IMG/VR virus record: IMGVR_UViG_3300042014_000090
Length of the DNA: 64,000 bases
Reading direction: 5' to 3' (one strand)
From: an uncultured virus (IMG/VR IMGVR_UViG_3300042014_000090)
Taxonomy: Duplodnaviria; Heunggongvirae; Uroviricota; Caudoviricetes
Positions 8,728 through 18,677 of the stretch are shown piece after piece. A program made the translations under genes and the position numbers. The stretch's first letter is position 1; each line of letters starts with the position of its first letter. The notes below the pieces were generated by a model. That model had not been told where the DNA came from and ran no database searches. It saw nothing but the letters and a program-made list of their open reading frames with translations.

Positions 8728-9198
8728 ATGAGCGCCGAACCGTTCGCCTGGATCATCGCCTCCACACAGGAGGAGGCGACGGCCGCCTTCAAGAGGTGGG
8801 CGTTCGGCGGTCAGACGCACAGCCTCGAAGGGAAGAGGGTGTGCTTCAAGGGCGCGGCCGACGCCCGCTACCTCCTCGCCGAGCGGCGTAAGGAAGATGG
8901 CCCCGACAGCACCCTGGGTATCTGGAAGATCCAGGTCGAGGCCGAGCAGGCAAGCCTCGCGGTCTCGGAAACCGGCGTCCCTCCGTACAAGGACGGCGAC
9001 ATCATCACCGTCTGCGACCGGCAGTTCGGTATCAAGTACAAGGCTCAGGTCGACGAAGTTCTCCTCGCGGGCGCCCGGTACCCGTGGGTCGTCCACTTCG
9101 AGTCGATCAAGCCCATCGAGCCCGGCGACTCCCGGCACTACGTCGGCTCGCTGGAGGCCGACGACGAGGGCAACAGTCCTTACATCGTCAAGAGCTGA
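8728..9198 (+). CDS. hypothetical protein
   Basis: ORF track; codon bias. Confidence 0.7.
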   Translation: MSAEPFAWIIASTQEEATAAFKRWAFGGQTHSLEGKRVCFKGAADARYLLAERRKEDGPDSTLGIWKIQVEAEQASLAVSETGVPPYKDGDIITVCDRQFGIKYKAQVDEVLLAGARYPWVVHFESIKPIEPGDSRHYVGSLEADDEGNSPYIVKS

Positions 9199-9287
9199 TC
9201 AACGCCGTGCGTTCAACCCCGAGCCGCCGTCTCGTACGGCGGCTCCCTTGTCCGCACGGACATGCACCACCCGACAGGAAGGACGAC

Positions 9288-9575
9288 ATGAACACCATGA
9301 ACACCCTCCGGCTGAAGGCTCTGCGCCGGGTGATCGAGGCCATGCTTACCCTCGTGCAGCGGTGGGAGGACGCCCGCCCGGACGACTACCGGCTCAGTGA
9401 CCTCAGGACGGGCCTGTGGCAGGCGTCGGATGCGCTGAGGCAGATCATCGAGGGAGAGGTCATCGCGGGCCGCAGGCACGCCCACATCGCCCCTCAGGGG
9501 GGCCTTCTGACACCACGCTACCGTGAAACGGTTCTGCGGGATTCGTCCAACCCGGTGCGCTCGACGAACGTCTGA
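9288..9575 (+). CDS. hypothetical protein
   Basis: GACAGGAAGG motif before ATG9288. Confidence 0.65.
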   Translation: MNTMNTLRLKALRRVIEAMLTLVQRWEDARPDDYRLSDLRTGLWQASDALRQIIEGEVIAGRRHAHIAPQGGLLTPRYRETVLRDSSNPVRSTNV

Positions 9576-9671
9576 TGTAGGTTCCGTTTACCCATCTGAA
9601 GCATTTATGCGGATGGGTACACGGACAGTCACGTTCGAAAGGCTGTTCGAGTAACGACAGGAAGGTCAGGC

Positions 9672-10085
9672 ATGAACGGTGTTCTGCGTGCCCAGGCTCA
9701 GCGTTTCGTGGATGACGGAGCCAGGTACCTCGACGACGAAGCCGCACGCGACTACCCGGAGATCATCTCCAACCGCTGGTATCACGCCGTCAACCTCAAC
9801 ATTCTCGACATGGCGGCGGACACGCACTGCCTGCTGGCACAGATCGGTCAGGCGTGCGAGCGGTACGCCCTGCTCGACAAGAACGCCGTGGCGGCGGCCA
9901 TCGGGATGGACCCCGAGGACGGGAGTCCGGACGCCGCGATGGTCCGGTACGGGTTTCGCGCTTTCCCCGGTGATGCGGAGGAACAGGCCGAGGCGTACCG
10001 CGAGCTGACGCTCGCTTGGAAGATGCACGTTCTCCGGCGACGCGCCCAGGATCCCGCGTGGACCCTCGCGCTGGCCGCTGGCTGA
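9672..10085 (+). CDS. hypothetical protein
   Basis: GACAGGAAGG motif before ATG. Confidence 0.75.
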   Translation: MNGVLRAQAQRFVDDGARYLDDEAARDYPEIISNRWYHAVNLNILDMAADTHCLLAQIGQACERYALLDKNAVAAAIGMDPEDGSPDAAMVRYGFRAFPGDAEEQAEAYRELTLAWKMHVLRRRAQDPAWTLALAAG

Positions 10086-10101
10086 CCGGGGGCAAACGTT
10101 A

Positions 10102-10135
10102 GGGGCGGCCGTGGAGTTGTCACTCCGGCCGCCCC
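10102..10135 (+). terminator. stem-loop
   Basis: ggggcggccg..ggag ttgtca ctccggccgcccc. Confidence 0.5.
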
Positions 10136-10329
10136 TGACACGCGGGTCCCCCTAGGGATATGATTCGGGCTCCGGTGTTACCAGCACCGGGTCCACCTCG
10201 GGAGAAAGAACGATCCCGCGTTGATGTCTACAACGTACCGCTCGATGAACCACCTGCCCACACCACCGCCCCGCAGGGCGGGGGCAGTGAACTCGATGAC
10301 TCCGTGCTCCGTCAGCAAGGAGGCTACAA

Positions 10330-13300
10330 GTGACTCCGTCTGACGGGGCTTCTGATGTTAGCAGTGAAATCCTGCCAGGATCATCTGACGCGTCACACCG
10401 TGTCAACTCGCAACAGGGTCCATTTTTGGGTCCCGGCGCTGGAGTTGTCAACCTCAACGGGACAGGATCTGACGCTGAGGGCCGCAATTCAGCCTCGCTG
10501 AGAGTCGACCGCGAGACCGTCCGCGCCTACCTCACCGAGCTGTACCTCGGCGTACCCGGACTCCTCCAGATCTGGACCGACCCCCGCCGGGGCTGCGGCA
10601 CGTTCTTCGAGACGACCGAAGAGGGCATCGAGCAGGCCGTCGACCAGGTCGAAGCGGCCTACACCTTCGAGGGCGAGAAGAGCGTCTACGCACGCGTCAC
10701 CACCCTCACCGACCTCCCGCCGGTCAACCCCAGCACCGGCAATCGCGGGCGCGGCGCTGCCAGTCTCTCGTCGCACTTCTCGTTCCTGTGGACCGACGTC
10801 GACTTCGGCACCGTCGGCCACGCCGACAAGAAGCTGCCGCCCGACGTCGCCGCAGCCCAGGCCGTCTACGACGCCTCCGGCCTGCCCCCGGCCTCGATCA
10901 TCGTGAACTCAGGCGGCGGTCTGTACCACATCGTCAAGCTCGACGAGCCGGTCGACGTGTCCGACCCCGAGGTCCGCATGCGGATCACCGGACTCTCCCG
11001 CCGCTGGCACGCGCGCGTCAAGGAAGCGGCCGAATCTCTCGGCTACTCCTATGACACCGGCACCACCGACCTCGCCCGTATCCTGCGGGTCTCCGGCAGC
11101 ATCAACGCCAAGGTCTGGGCCAACCGGCGCGCGGCCACCCACGTCTCCTCCGGCCTGCGCTACTCCCTGGCCGAGCTGGAGAAGATCTGCCCGCTGCCGC
11201 CGATGCCGGAACGCTCGACGTCGTTTACCACCGAGGGCAGCAGCGCCACCGACGCCCGCGCTCGCATGGACCAGCTTCTCGGCGAGATGCGGGCCACGAC
11301 ATCGCTGCGGAACAACACCCTCAACAAGCTGGCCTGCTGGACGTTCCAGTACGCCGGTGCCGGACAGCTCGACCCCGACGAGGTCGAGCGCGAGTTCATC
11401 GCGGCCGGACTCTACTCCGGTCTCGAAGAGGGCGAGACCCGCCGCACCGTCCAGAGCGCCCGCGAAGCCGGTCTGGCCAAGCCCCAGCCGTGGGTCGACT
11501 ACCGTGCCGAGAGGGCGGCGGCCCGCCAGAAGCAGGCCAAGAAGATGACGGCGCCCGCCGAGGACATGTGGGCGGGCGAACTCAACGAGAACGGCGAGGT
11601 CACACCCCCGGCCGCGCCGACACCGCCGGTCGTCGAGGAGGAGGCCACCGCCCCGACTGACACCGCGCCCGCCCCCGAGGAAGAGCCCGCCCCGAAGGCG
11701 GCCGACACCCCGCCGCCCCCGGCCGCCCCTCCGGCGACCGGGACGAAGGACGACAAGCCGGGCCCGCTCCCCATCGTGGACATCACCAACGAGCGGGACG
11801 GCCTGCTCAACCTCAGCAAGGCCATCGCCGACGGCAACCTCCCCGAGGTCTACGTCCGCGAGGGCCAGCTCGTCCACATCACCGAGGTCTCCGGGACACA
11901 CGCCGAGAAGGACCAGACCTCCACCCACCGGGCCGTGATTCTCGACGCCTCCTACATGCGCAACATGGTCGGCCGCCACCTCGTCACGACCAAGGTCAAC
12001 GCCAAGGAGAAGACGGTCCCCGCACTGCCCACCAAGGCACTGTGCGACTCCGTCATCTCTCAGCAGCACTGGCCCACGGTCAACCGCCTCCGGGACGTCA
12101 TCGGCGCCCCGTTCGTGCGACGCGACGGCTCCATCTGCCAGGAGGAAGGCTACGACGAGGCGACCGGCATGTGGCTCGCGCTGCCCCCCGGCCTGCGTCA
12201 GGTCCCGGAGAACCCCTCCGACGACGATGTGGCCGAGGCCCGCAAGCTCATCCTCGACACCGTTCTGCGGGACTTCCCCTGGGTGTCCCCGGCGGACCGG
12301 GCGAACTACATCGCGCTGCTGCTCACCCCCATGCTCCGCGAAGTGTGCGACTGTGTCACCCCCCTCGGGCTGATCACAGCCGCAGCGCCCTCCTCCGGCA
12401 AGTCGCTTCTGTCCGAACTCATCGCCTGTATCCACGGCGGCAAGATGACCACGCTGCCCAAGCAGGACGAGGAGCTGGAGAAGAGGATCACCACGTTCTT
12501 CATGAACGAGATGGTCCCGACGATCACGTTCGACAACGTGGGACTCGGACACACCCTCAACTCCGACGTCCTCGCCCAGCTGATCACCCAGCGAGTCTGG
12601 AGCAGCCGAATCCTCGGCCGCAGCGAGAGCATGTCCCGCCTCAACGACAAGCTCTGGATGGTCACAGGCAACAACGTCCGGATCAACAACGACATGCGTA
12701 CCCGCTCGATCCTGGTGCGCATCGACCCTCGGGTGGAGAACCCGGAGGAGCGCGACACCAGCGCATTCGCCGTCGGCAACCTCGAAGTGTGGATGCGCCA
12801 GCCGGAGAACAAGGCCCGCGTGGCGTGGGCACTCCTCGTCATGGTCCGGGCATGGGCCGCAAGCGGCATGCCCAAGAGCAAGGACGAGATGCGCAACTAC
12901 ACCCCCTGGGCCCAGGCACTCGGGGGACTGCTGGCCTTCCACGGCATCGAAGGCTTCCGCCAGAACAAGGAAGAACTCGCCGACGCCGACGACGAGAAGG
13001 CCGAGATGTCGCTGTTCATGGAGGTCGTCCATGAACGCCACGGCGACAACTGGGTCACCGCCGCGCAGCTCCTCGCCGACTACCAGAACGCCTCCTTCAG
13101 CACCCCCATGGGGGCGCCTGACCCCTGGCAGGGCGCGTTCCCCGTCGACCGCAACGGCAAGCCCGTCTCCGCCAAGAGTGTCGGCAAGCGTCTCGCCTAC
13201 TACCGGGACCGCCCCATGGGCGGATGGGTCCTGCGGCACAAGGCGGTGGCCGGACGCGCCGCCCTCTGGAAAGTCGAACGCGTGGCCCCGGCGATCCCCG

Positions 13301-13470
13301 AGCCACGCAGCGAGGAGCCGACCGGTCAGCAGACCCTGCCGGTGGTCACCACGGCGGTGAGTCCCCTCCAGCGGAGGGAGGAGGTGCGCGGCAGCGTCGC
13401 CACGCTCGTCCGTACCCTCAGCCGCCCGCCCACCATCAACCGATACAGACACGACGAAAACAGACAGTGA
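10330..13470 (+). CDS. primase (AEP/RepB-like)-helicase fusion
   Basis: WTDVD and VNSGGGLYH primase motifs, RNNTLN PriCT-like segment, Pro-rich linker, AAPSSGKS Walker A, ITFDNV Walker B; start uncertain. Confidence 0.8.
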   Translation: MTPSDGASDVSSEILPGSSDASHRVNSQQGPFLGPGAGVVNLNGTGSDAEGRNSASLRVDRETVRAYLTELYLGVPGLLQIWTDPRRGCGTFFETTEEGIEQAVDQVEAAYTFEGEKSVYARVTTLTDLPPVNPSTGNRGRGAASLSSHFSFLWTDVDFGTVGHADKKLPPDVAAAQAVYDASGLPPASIIVNSGGGLYHIVKLDEPVDVSDPEVRMRITGLSRRWHARVKEAAESLGYSYDTGTTDLARILRVSGSINAKVWANRRAATHVSSGLRYSLAELEKICPLPPMPERSTSFTTEGSSATDARARMDQLLGEMRATTSLRNNTLNKLACWTFQYAGAGQLDPDEVEREFIAAGLYSGLEEGETRRTVQSAREAGLAKPQPWVDYRAERAAARQKQAKKMTAPAEDMWAGELNENGEVTPPAAPTPPVVEEEATAPTDTAPAPEEEPAPKAADTPPPPAAPPATGTKDDKPGPLPIVDITNERDGLLNLSKAIADGNLPEVYVREGQLVHITEVSGTHAEKDQTSTHRAVILDASYMRNMVGRHLVTTKVNAKEKTVPALPTKALCDSVISQQHWPTVNRLRDVIGAPFVRRDGSICQEEGYDEATGMWLALPPGLRQVPENPSDDDVAEARKLILDTVLRDFPWVSPADRANYIALLLTPMLREVCDCVTPLGLITAAAPSSGKSLLSELIACIHGGKMTTLPKQDEELEKRITTFFMNEMVPTITFDNVGLGHTLNSDVLAQLITQRVWSSRILGRSESMSRLNDKLWMVTGNNVRINNDMRTRSILVRIDPRVENPEERDTSAFAVGNLEVWMRQPENKARVAWALLVMVRAWAASGMPKSKDEMRNYTPWAQALGGLLAFHGIEGFRQNKEELADADDEKAEMSLFMEVVHERHGDNWVTAAQLLADYQNASFSTPMGAPDPWQGAFPVDRNGKPVSAKSVGKRLAYYRDRPMGGWVLRHKAVAGRAALWKVERVAPAIPEPRSEEPTGQQTLPVVTTAVSPLQRREEVRGSVATLVRTLSRPPTINRYRHDENRQ

Positions 13471-13518
13471 GGACCGATAGCGACACAACATCACACACTA
13501 CCCACAGAAACCCTCACC

Positions 13519-14928
13519 ATGACGATACTCAGCCCCGACCAGTCACACGCCCTCGACCGGGCCATCGACTGGTTCCACCGCCTGAACGTCAAGATCACCC
13601 ACTGCAACGGTGACGTCTTCGGCGGGCGCTTCCGCATGAACTGCCCGCCGGAGCCGCACACCCACGCCACCGGCCCCGCCCCCGTCTTCAGCATCGGAGG
13701 CTGGGCCGGGACCGGCAAGACCACCATCATGCAGATCCTGGAGGAGCAGCTCGGCGTCCAGGCGATCTTCGGCGCGCCCACCCACAAGGCCGCCGCCGTC
13801 CTCCGGCGCAAACTCCCACCCCACCTCGCCGTCCGTGTGCGCACCTTCCACTCGATCATCTACCGCATGCACGCGACGTACCGCTGCGCCATCACCGGCC
13901 GCAAAGTCCGCCGCATTGTCGACAAGTGCATATGTGGTCAGCACGACGCCTGCCAGTGCCCCGCCCACTTCGATCCCTGCCAACGCCCCGCCACCCACAC
14001 CTGCCGGGTCCTCGAAGAACTCGCTCCCGAACGCCGCGAGTACCTCGGCGGCCACCGCGACATCATCATCGTCGACGAATCCTCCATGCTCAGCCCTGAG
14101 CAGGTGGCCGACATCCGCCACTTCGGCGTGCCCGTCGTCCTCGTCGGCGACCACGGCCAGCTCCCGCCCGTCAAGGCCGAGATGAATCCCTGGATCCGCA
14201 ACCCCGACGTTGAGCTCACCGAGATCCACCGCCAGGGTAAGGACTCCGGCATCCTCACCGCCGCCCACGACGTCCGCCGCCACGGCCACATGCTCCAGCT
14301 CGAATACGGCAACCGCGAAGCCGTCCGCATGGCCTTCTCCCACCCCGACATCGAAGGCGTCCTCGACCGCTTCACCCCCAGCCCCGACCGCGTCATCATC
14401 GTCGCCACCAACGAGATCCGCGCCCACTTCAACGCCGCCTTCCACGGCGATGGAGGCGTCCGCACCGGCGACCGGGTCGTCTCCCTCGGCGGCAAGGTCT
14501 ACGACGCCACCCGCGTCCTCAAGGAAGGCACCGGCTTCCGCGCCGTCGACCAGATTCTCCAGGTCCACAACGGCATGACCGGCACCGTCCTCCAAGTCGA
14601 CGACCGAGGCGGCCCCCTCATCGACCTCATCGTCCGGCTCGACGACCACCCCCTCGCCACCGAGGACGAACCCGTCCGCCTTCTCGTCACCGGCTGCGCC
14701 CGCGCCCAGTTCGGCACCGAACGCGACCTCGCCTTCAACTCGCCCGACCGCCCCAAGGGCTCCCGCCTGTGGGACTACGCCTACGCGCTCACCGCACACA
14801 AGGCCCAGGGCTCCGAGTTCGACCAGGTCATCGTCACCGACAGCGCCCCACAGGCCTACAGACAGTGGCTGTACACGTCCATCACCAGAGCAAAGGAAGC
14901 CGTACTCGTTCTGGACTACCGACGGTAG
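13519..14928 (+). CDS. RecD/Dda-like SF1 helicase
   Basis: GWAGTGKTT, APTHKAA, IVDESSM, GDHGQLPPV, YAYALTAHKAQGSEF. Confidence 0.92.
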   Translation: MTILSPDQSHALDRAIDWFHRLNVKITHCNGDVFGGRFRMNCPPEPHTHATGPAPVFSIGGWAGTGKTTIMQILEEQLGVQAIFGAPTHKAAAVLRRKLPPHLAVRVRTFHSIIYRMHATYRCAITGRKVRRIVDKCICGQHDACQCPAHFDPCQRPATHTCRVLEELAPERREYLGGHRDIIIVDESSMLSPEQVADIRHFGVPVVLVGDHGQLPPVKAEMNPWIRNPDVELTEIHRQGKDSGILTAAHDVRRHGHMLQLEYGNREAVRMAFSHPDIEGVLDRFTPSPDRVIIVATNEIRAHFNAAFHGDGGVRTGDRVVSLGGKVYDATRVLKEGTGFRAVDQILQVHNGMTGTVLQVDDRGGPLIDLIVRLDDHPLATEDEPVRLLVTGCARAQFGTERDLAFNSPDRPKGSRLWDYAYALTAHKAQGSEFDQVIVTDSAPQAYRQWLYTSITRAKEAVLVLDYRR

Positions 14929-15006
14929 GTTGACAACCCTCAGAAGTAGCAAAACTGAGATAACTGAGTGTTGTGCCACAACATTGAGACTGTATATATT
15001 CTGCAC

Positions 15007-15252
15007 ATGGCACGAAAGATCCCGACCGAGATGGTCCAACACATCGTCAAAAGTTCACCCCGCACTGAGTACAACTGGGACCAGTACGCCGACGGCGAGT
15101 GGTGGGAGCTGAGGAAGGGCGATGACTACCAGGTGCAGACCTCCAGCGCACGAGCCTCGGCCGCCAGGTGGGCGGAGAGCGAAGGCTACGAGGCTGAACT
15201 CGCGAACCTGAAGGAGCACGACGGATTCGTTCTCCGGTTCAAGCGCAAATAG
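15007..15252 (+). CDS. small putative DNA-binding protein, probably leaderless
   Basis: TATATT 6 nt before ATG, no RBS; YNWDQYADGEWWELRKGDDY. Confidence 0.6.
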   Translation: MARKIPTEMVQHIVKSSPRTEYNWDQYADGEWWELRKGDDYQVQTSSARASAARWAESEGYEAELANLKEHDGFVLRFKRK

Positions 15253-15259
15253 AAAAAGC

Positions 15260-15300
15260 ACTGAAAACGGGACGGCAGTACGAGCCGTCCCGTTTTCAGT
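15260..15300 (+). terminator. perfect inverted repeat / terminator
   Basis: actgaaaacgggacggc ... gccgtcccgttttcagt. Confidence 0.7.
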
Positions 15301-15320
15301 ACAGCGACAGGAAGCGGGAA

Positions 15321-15923
15321 ATGAGAGAACCCGACCGACTCAGCGACGCACAGATCGAAGAGCTTCTCAAGCCACTCGATGCTGCTGTCATCAGGCAAAG
15401 AAAGAGCGACGAACAGGACATCCTCCCGCACGAGTACGTGCGAGCACGCCTCAGCGAAATCTTCGGCCCCCTCGGCTGGAGCGAACAGACACTCGAACTC
15501 ACTCAGGTGTTCGCCGGTCCAAACGACATGGCCGTCACTCGGCACCCCGGCGACGCCGCCAGCACCCGATACGTCGCCTACCGCGCCCGCGTCCGCGTCA
15601 TCATCCACAACCCCGATGGCAGCACCCGCGCCTTCTGGGATGGTGCCGGAGCCTGGGGCCAGGGACGCAGCATGCGCAACGACAGCAACCGCATCTGGGA
15701 CCTGCACAGCGACTGCATGAACGGCGCCTTGTCCGTCGCCTTTCTGCGGGCCACCAAGAGCCTTGGCAACCAGTTCGGCCTCTGCCTCTACAGCAAGGAG
15801 GAGGACAGGGAAAGGTTTCAGGTGAGGCACTATCTGCCCTACCCCCCTCCCGAGGAAGAGGACGCGCTGTACATTCCCGACCAACGCCCCGCAATGGCCG
15901 ACAACAGCAGCAGGGAAGACTGA
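15321..15923 (+). CDS. Rad52/22-like single-strand annealing protein
   Basis: YVRARLSEIFGPLGWS, YRARVRVII, GALSVAFLRATKSLGNQFGLCLY. Confidence 0.85.
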   Translation: MREPDRLSDAQIEELLKPLDAAVIRQRKSDEQDILPHEYVRARLSEIFGPLGWSEQTLELTQVFAGPNDMAVTRHPGDAASTRYVAYRARVRVIIHNPDGSTRAFWDGAGAWGQGRSMRNDSNRIWDLHSDCMNGALSVAFLRATKSLGNQFGLCLYSKEEDRERFQVRHYLPYPPPEEEDALYIPDQRPAMADNSSRED

Positions 15924-15992
15924 CCCCGCACCACGCAGTAACCGACGCGCCCGGCCTAAAGGCGCGAACCAGACAGGAAGGACGACACGACC

Positions 15993-16298
15993 ATGGCGAA
16001 GTTCAAACCGCCCTACCGACCGGGCTTCTACATCAGCCCTCGGGAACACCACGGCTACCTCTACATGGTGGCTTACCTCGCGGACTACGGCCGCACCGCC
16101 GAACACATCCGGCAGAAGTGCGCTGAGGCCAAGGAGGCAGGCGCCCGCAAGGACGTGCTCTTCTACGACGCACGCCTTCGACGGTGGGTGACCCGCGCCG
16201 AATACAGCGGAGGCCTCGGCCGCCGCTTCGACCGGTACGCCGCTGCCCTCACCAAGTACGAAGAGGACCGCGCCCGCGAGGAAGGACGCCCGGCGTGA
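15993..16298 (+). CDS. hypothetical protein
   Basis: GACAGGAAGG motif upstream. Confidence 0.7.
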   Translation: MAKFKPPYRPGFYISPREHHGYLYMVAYLADYGRTAEHIRQKCAEAKEAGARKDVLFYDARLRRWVTRAEYSGGLGRRFDRYAAALTKYEEDRAREEGRPA

Positions 16299-16525
16299 TA
16301 CGCCTCGCCCGACGCTTCCCCTGCGCCGCCCTCTACATCGCCCTGCTCGTCCTCACCGAAGCCGCGATGATCAAGTTCCTGGTCCTCCCGTACCCGTCGA
16401 CCCGGAACGACTGGCTGTTCACCATCGCCCTCGCCGCGTACGCGGCAGGCGTCCTGTGGCTCCCCCTCGCCGTGCTGCTCCGCATCGCGGCTGACATCGC
16501 CGCAATCGCCCGCAGCAGGGACTGA
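16295..16525 (+). CDS. small 2-TM membrane protein
   Basis: two hydrophobic helices; GTGA overlap. Confidence 0.65.
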   Translation: MIRLARRFPCAALYIALLVLTEAAMIKFLVLPYPSTRNDWLFTIALAAYAAGVLWLPLAVLLRIAADIAAIARSRD

Positions 16526-16611
16526 CCTCCGCCAGCAGCCGTGCAGTATCGTCAGGGCTGGTCAAATCCGGCCAGCCCTGGCACAAAACACCATGACACC
16601 GAAAGCCGAAA

Positions 16612-16998
16612 ATGACGCCTGAAGAATTCCGGCGAGGCCTCAGGAAGATCATCACCGGATGCTCCGGCTGCGACGATGACGCCTGTATCTACTGCACCGC
16701 CGCCTCCATCGAAGATGTAGACGCCGTCATGGACCTGTGCCACACCTACATGAACAGGATCCTCGGCAACGGCACATCCCCCCTAGACCTCAGCAACATC
16801 AAGCTCTGGGACGCCTATCAGGTGGCCGTCAACCTGGACCTCAAGGACGAGAACAGCGCCAGAGCCACCATGTCACGCGCCGAGATCACCATCATCAGGA
16901 AGAAGGACCCCGAGACGGGGCAGATGACGTCCTACTACCCCGCCACCGAGGTGCTCCGCTACCGACACTTCAGAGAACCAAGGACACGCAACAGATGA
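16612..16998 (+). CDS. hypothetical protein, possible C-terminal HTH
   Basis: LWDAYQVAVNLDL...YYPATEVLRY resembles MerR/Xis-type wHTH. Confidence 0.55.
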   Translation: MTPEEFRRGLRKIITGCSGCDDDACIYCTAASIEDVDAVMDLCHTYMNRILGNGTSPLDLSNIKLWDAYQVAVNLDLKDENSARATMSRAEITIIRKKDPETGQMTSYYPATEVLRYRHFREPRTRNR

Positions 16999-17279
16999 AC
17001 GACTGCTACGTCATTCTGCTCCCCGGATCACCCGGAAACACCACCGACAAACACCTGGTCGTCCACACTGGTGAGTACGTCGACGTCACCCGCCACGGCA
17101 AGGAAGCGTACGACTTCGTCAGCGAGCACGACGACTACGTCAGCGCCGAGATCGAGCGCGACCGCCTCAACGAGGAGCCATCACCATGCACACCACCCTC
17201 GACGCCGGAACCCCGCACGGAGATAGCGGTGAAACCGGCCTGGAAGAGCCCGATGAAGGCCTCTGCACCTGGCAAGTAG
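16995..17279 (+). CDS. hypothetical protein
   Basis: ATGA overlap. Confidence 0.55.
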   Translation: MNDCYVILLPGSPGNTTDKHLVVHTGEYVDVTRHGKEAYDFVSEHDDYVSAEIERDRLNEEPSPCTPPSTPEPRTEIAVKPAWKSPMKASAPGK

Positions 17280-17412
17280 GCGGCGGCTACCACAGCCCGC
17301 CCGAGTACTGCGAGCTGGACATCGAAGGGGACGACGCCGAGTACTGCCCCAAGCACGAAGAACTGGCCGCCCGCATGCGGAAGTGGGAAGCAGAGGCGGG
17401 GCTGGACAACGT

Positions 17413-17793
17413 ATGAGCGCCCACGACCGCACCGCCTTCATCGCCGCCTACGTCTCCCTCTACGGTGGCACCACAGCGGAGGCCGACCAGATCCTGCGCG
17501 GCGTCGAAATCACCTACGCCGAACGACAGAACGCCGAGCTGGCCGAGGCCCTCGACGCCGCCGACGGCGAGCACCTGCGGCAGACCGAAGAGCTGCGCCA
17601 GTCCAACGCCGTCCTCCAGCGCATGCTGGAGCGCATGCCGGAGAAGCACATGCGCTTCAATCACCTGAACCCCGACGGCACGGTCAGCGAAGCAGGGAAC
17701 TGCGCCGACTGGTGCTACGCCTGCAAGCTGGAGAAGCTGCGCAGCGAAGTGGGCAGACTGGAAGCGGAGCTGAACCAACGCTCTGCTGGCTGA
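17413..17793 (+). CDS. hypothetical coiled-coil protein
   Basis: ATGA overlap; CxxWCxxC. Confidence 0.65.
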   Translation: MSAHDRTAFIAAYVSLYGGTTAEADQILRGVEITYAERQNAELAEALDAADGEHLRQTEELRQSNAVLQRMLERMPEKHMRFNHLNPDGTVSEAGNCADWCYACKLEKLRSEVGRLEAELNQRSAG

Positions 17794-17832
17794 CCCGCGC
17801 AGGCCAGGAAACACCCGACAGGAAGGAACGAC

Positions 17833-17952
17833 ATGCGAATCAGCGCCATCCTCACCCTCCTCGTGGCCATCCCCGCGCTGTTACTGACGCTGGGCACCGG
17901 CAGCGGCAACGCGCCGACGCAGCCCGTCAGTTACAGCGAGGCCCACCGGTGA
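17833..17952 (+). CDS. 39-aa signal-peptide-like micro-protein containing a TTA codon
   Basis: MRISAILTLLVAIPALLLTLGTGSGNAPTQPVSYSEAHR*; GACAGGAAGG RBS; below ORF-track cutoff. Confidence 0.6.
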   Translation: MRISAILTLLVAIPALLLTLGTGSGNAPTQPVSYSEAHR

Positions 17953-18203
17953 GCCCGCTGCCCAAGCGGGTGGGATCCGCAGAGCGGGAAGTCCTCCTTG
18001 CCCTCGCCCACCGGCACGACGGCACGTGGGACACCACGTGCCGTCCCCTGTACGAGAACAGTCGAAGCTTCACCGTCGAACTCCTGGAGCGCCTCGTCAC
18101 CCGGAAGTTCGTCACCGAACAGGTCAAGGACGACCGCACCGTCTACACCCTGACCAGAGGCGGCAGAACCTGGGCCGACAGGAACAAGCCCTGGGGCTAC
18201 TGA
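17949..18203 (+). CDS. winged-helix-like protein
   Basis: LLERLVTRKFV...VYTLTRGG. Confidence 0.55.
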   Translation: MSPLPKRVGSAEREVLLALAHRHDGTWDTTCRPLYENSRSFTVELLERLVTRKFVTEQVKDDRTVYTLTRGGRTWADRNKPWGY

Positions 18204-18293
18204 CCAGGGGCTATGCCGGTGGTGTGCAGGTAGGGTGCACACCACCGGCGTTACACCTCCTAGCAGGGAAACACAACCAGTAAGGACACCATC

Positions 18294-18677
18294 GTGAGCA
18301 GTGACAACAACGGGCACCCGCAGGCGGCAGACCTCGACTTCGTCCGGGACTACGTGGCGAACCTCAAGAGGGCCGCTTGGCTCCAGTGCCGGGAGAACCG
18401 GCACGCCTTTCCTGACCGGGCCGTCGTCACCCCGGTGGACGAGAACGACGACTCCGTTGTGGAGCGCGCCAAGAGGTGCCGCCGCTGTGGGACCAGGCGG
18501 ATCGAGGTGGTCTCCATCGCGAACGGCATGGCACGCAGGATCGGCGTCAGGTACGAGAACCGCCCCGAGGGCTACTTGATGGAGCCCGGTCACGGGCGCC
18601 TCGACAGCGAAGGGCTCGCCGTCATCCGCTACGAGAACATCTACCAGGAACTGGCACAGCAGCGGGGGCGCAGCTAA
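18294..18677 (+). CDS. Zn-ribbon hypothetical protein
   Basis: LQCR..RH, CRRCGT. Confidence 0.65.
   Translation: MSSDNNGHPQAADLDFVRDYVANLKRAAWLQCRENRHAFPDRAVVTPVDENDDSVVERAKRCRRCGTRRIEVVSIANGMARRIGVRYENRPEGYLMEPGHGRLDSEGLAVIRYENIYQELAQQRGRS

Noticed and set aside
10909..13494. 861-aa antisense ORF over the primase-helicase (also 21804-23534, 32988-34820, 44467-47613)
   Set aside because: These are shadow ORFs caused by high-GC codon bias opposite real genes; they have no recognisable motifs.
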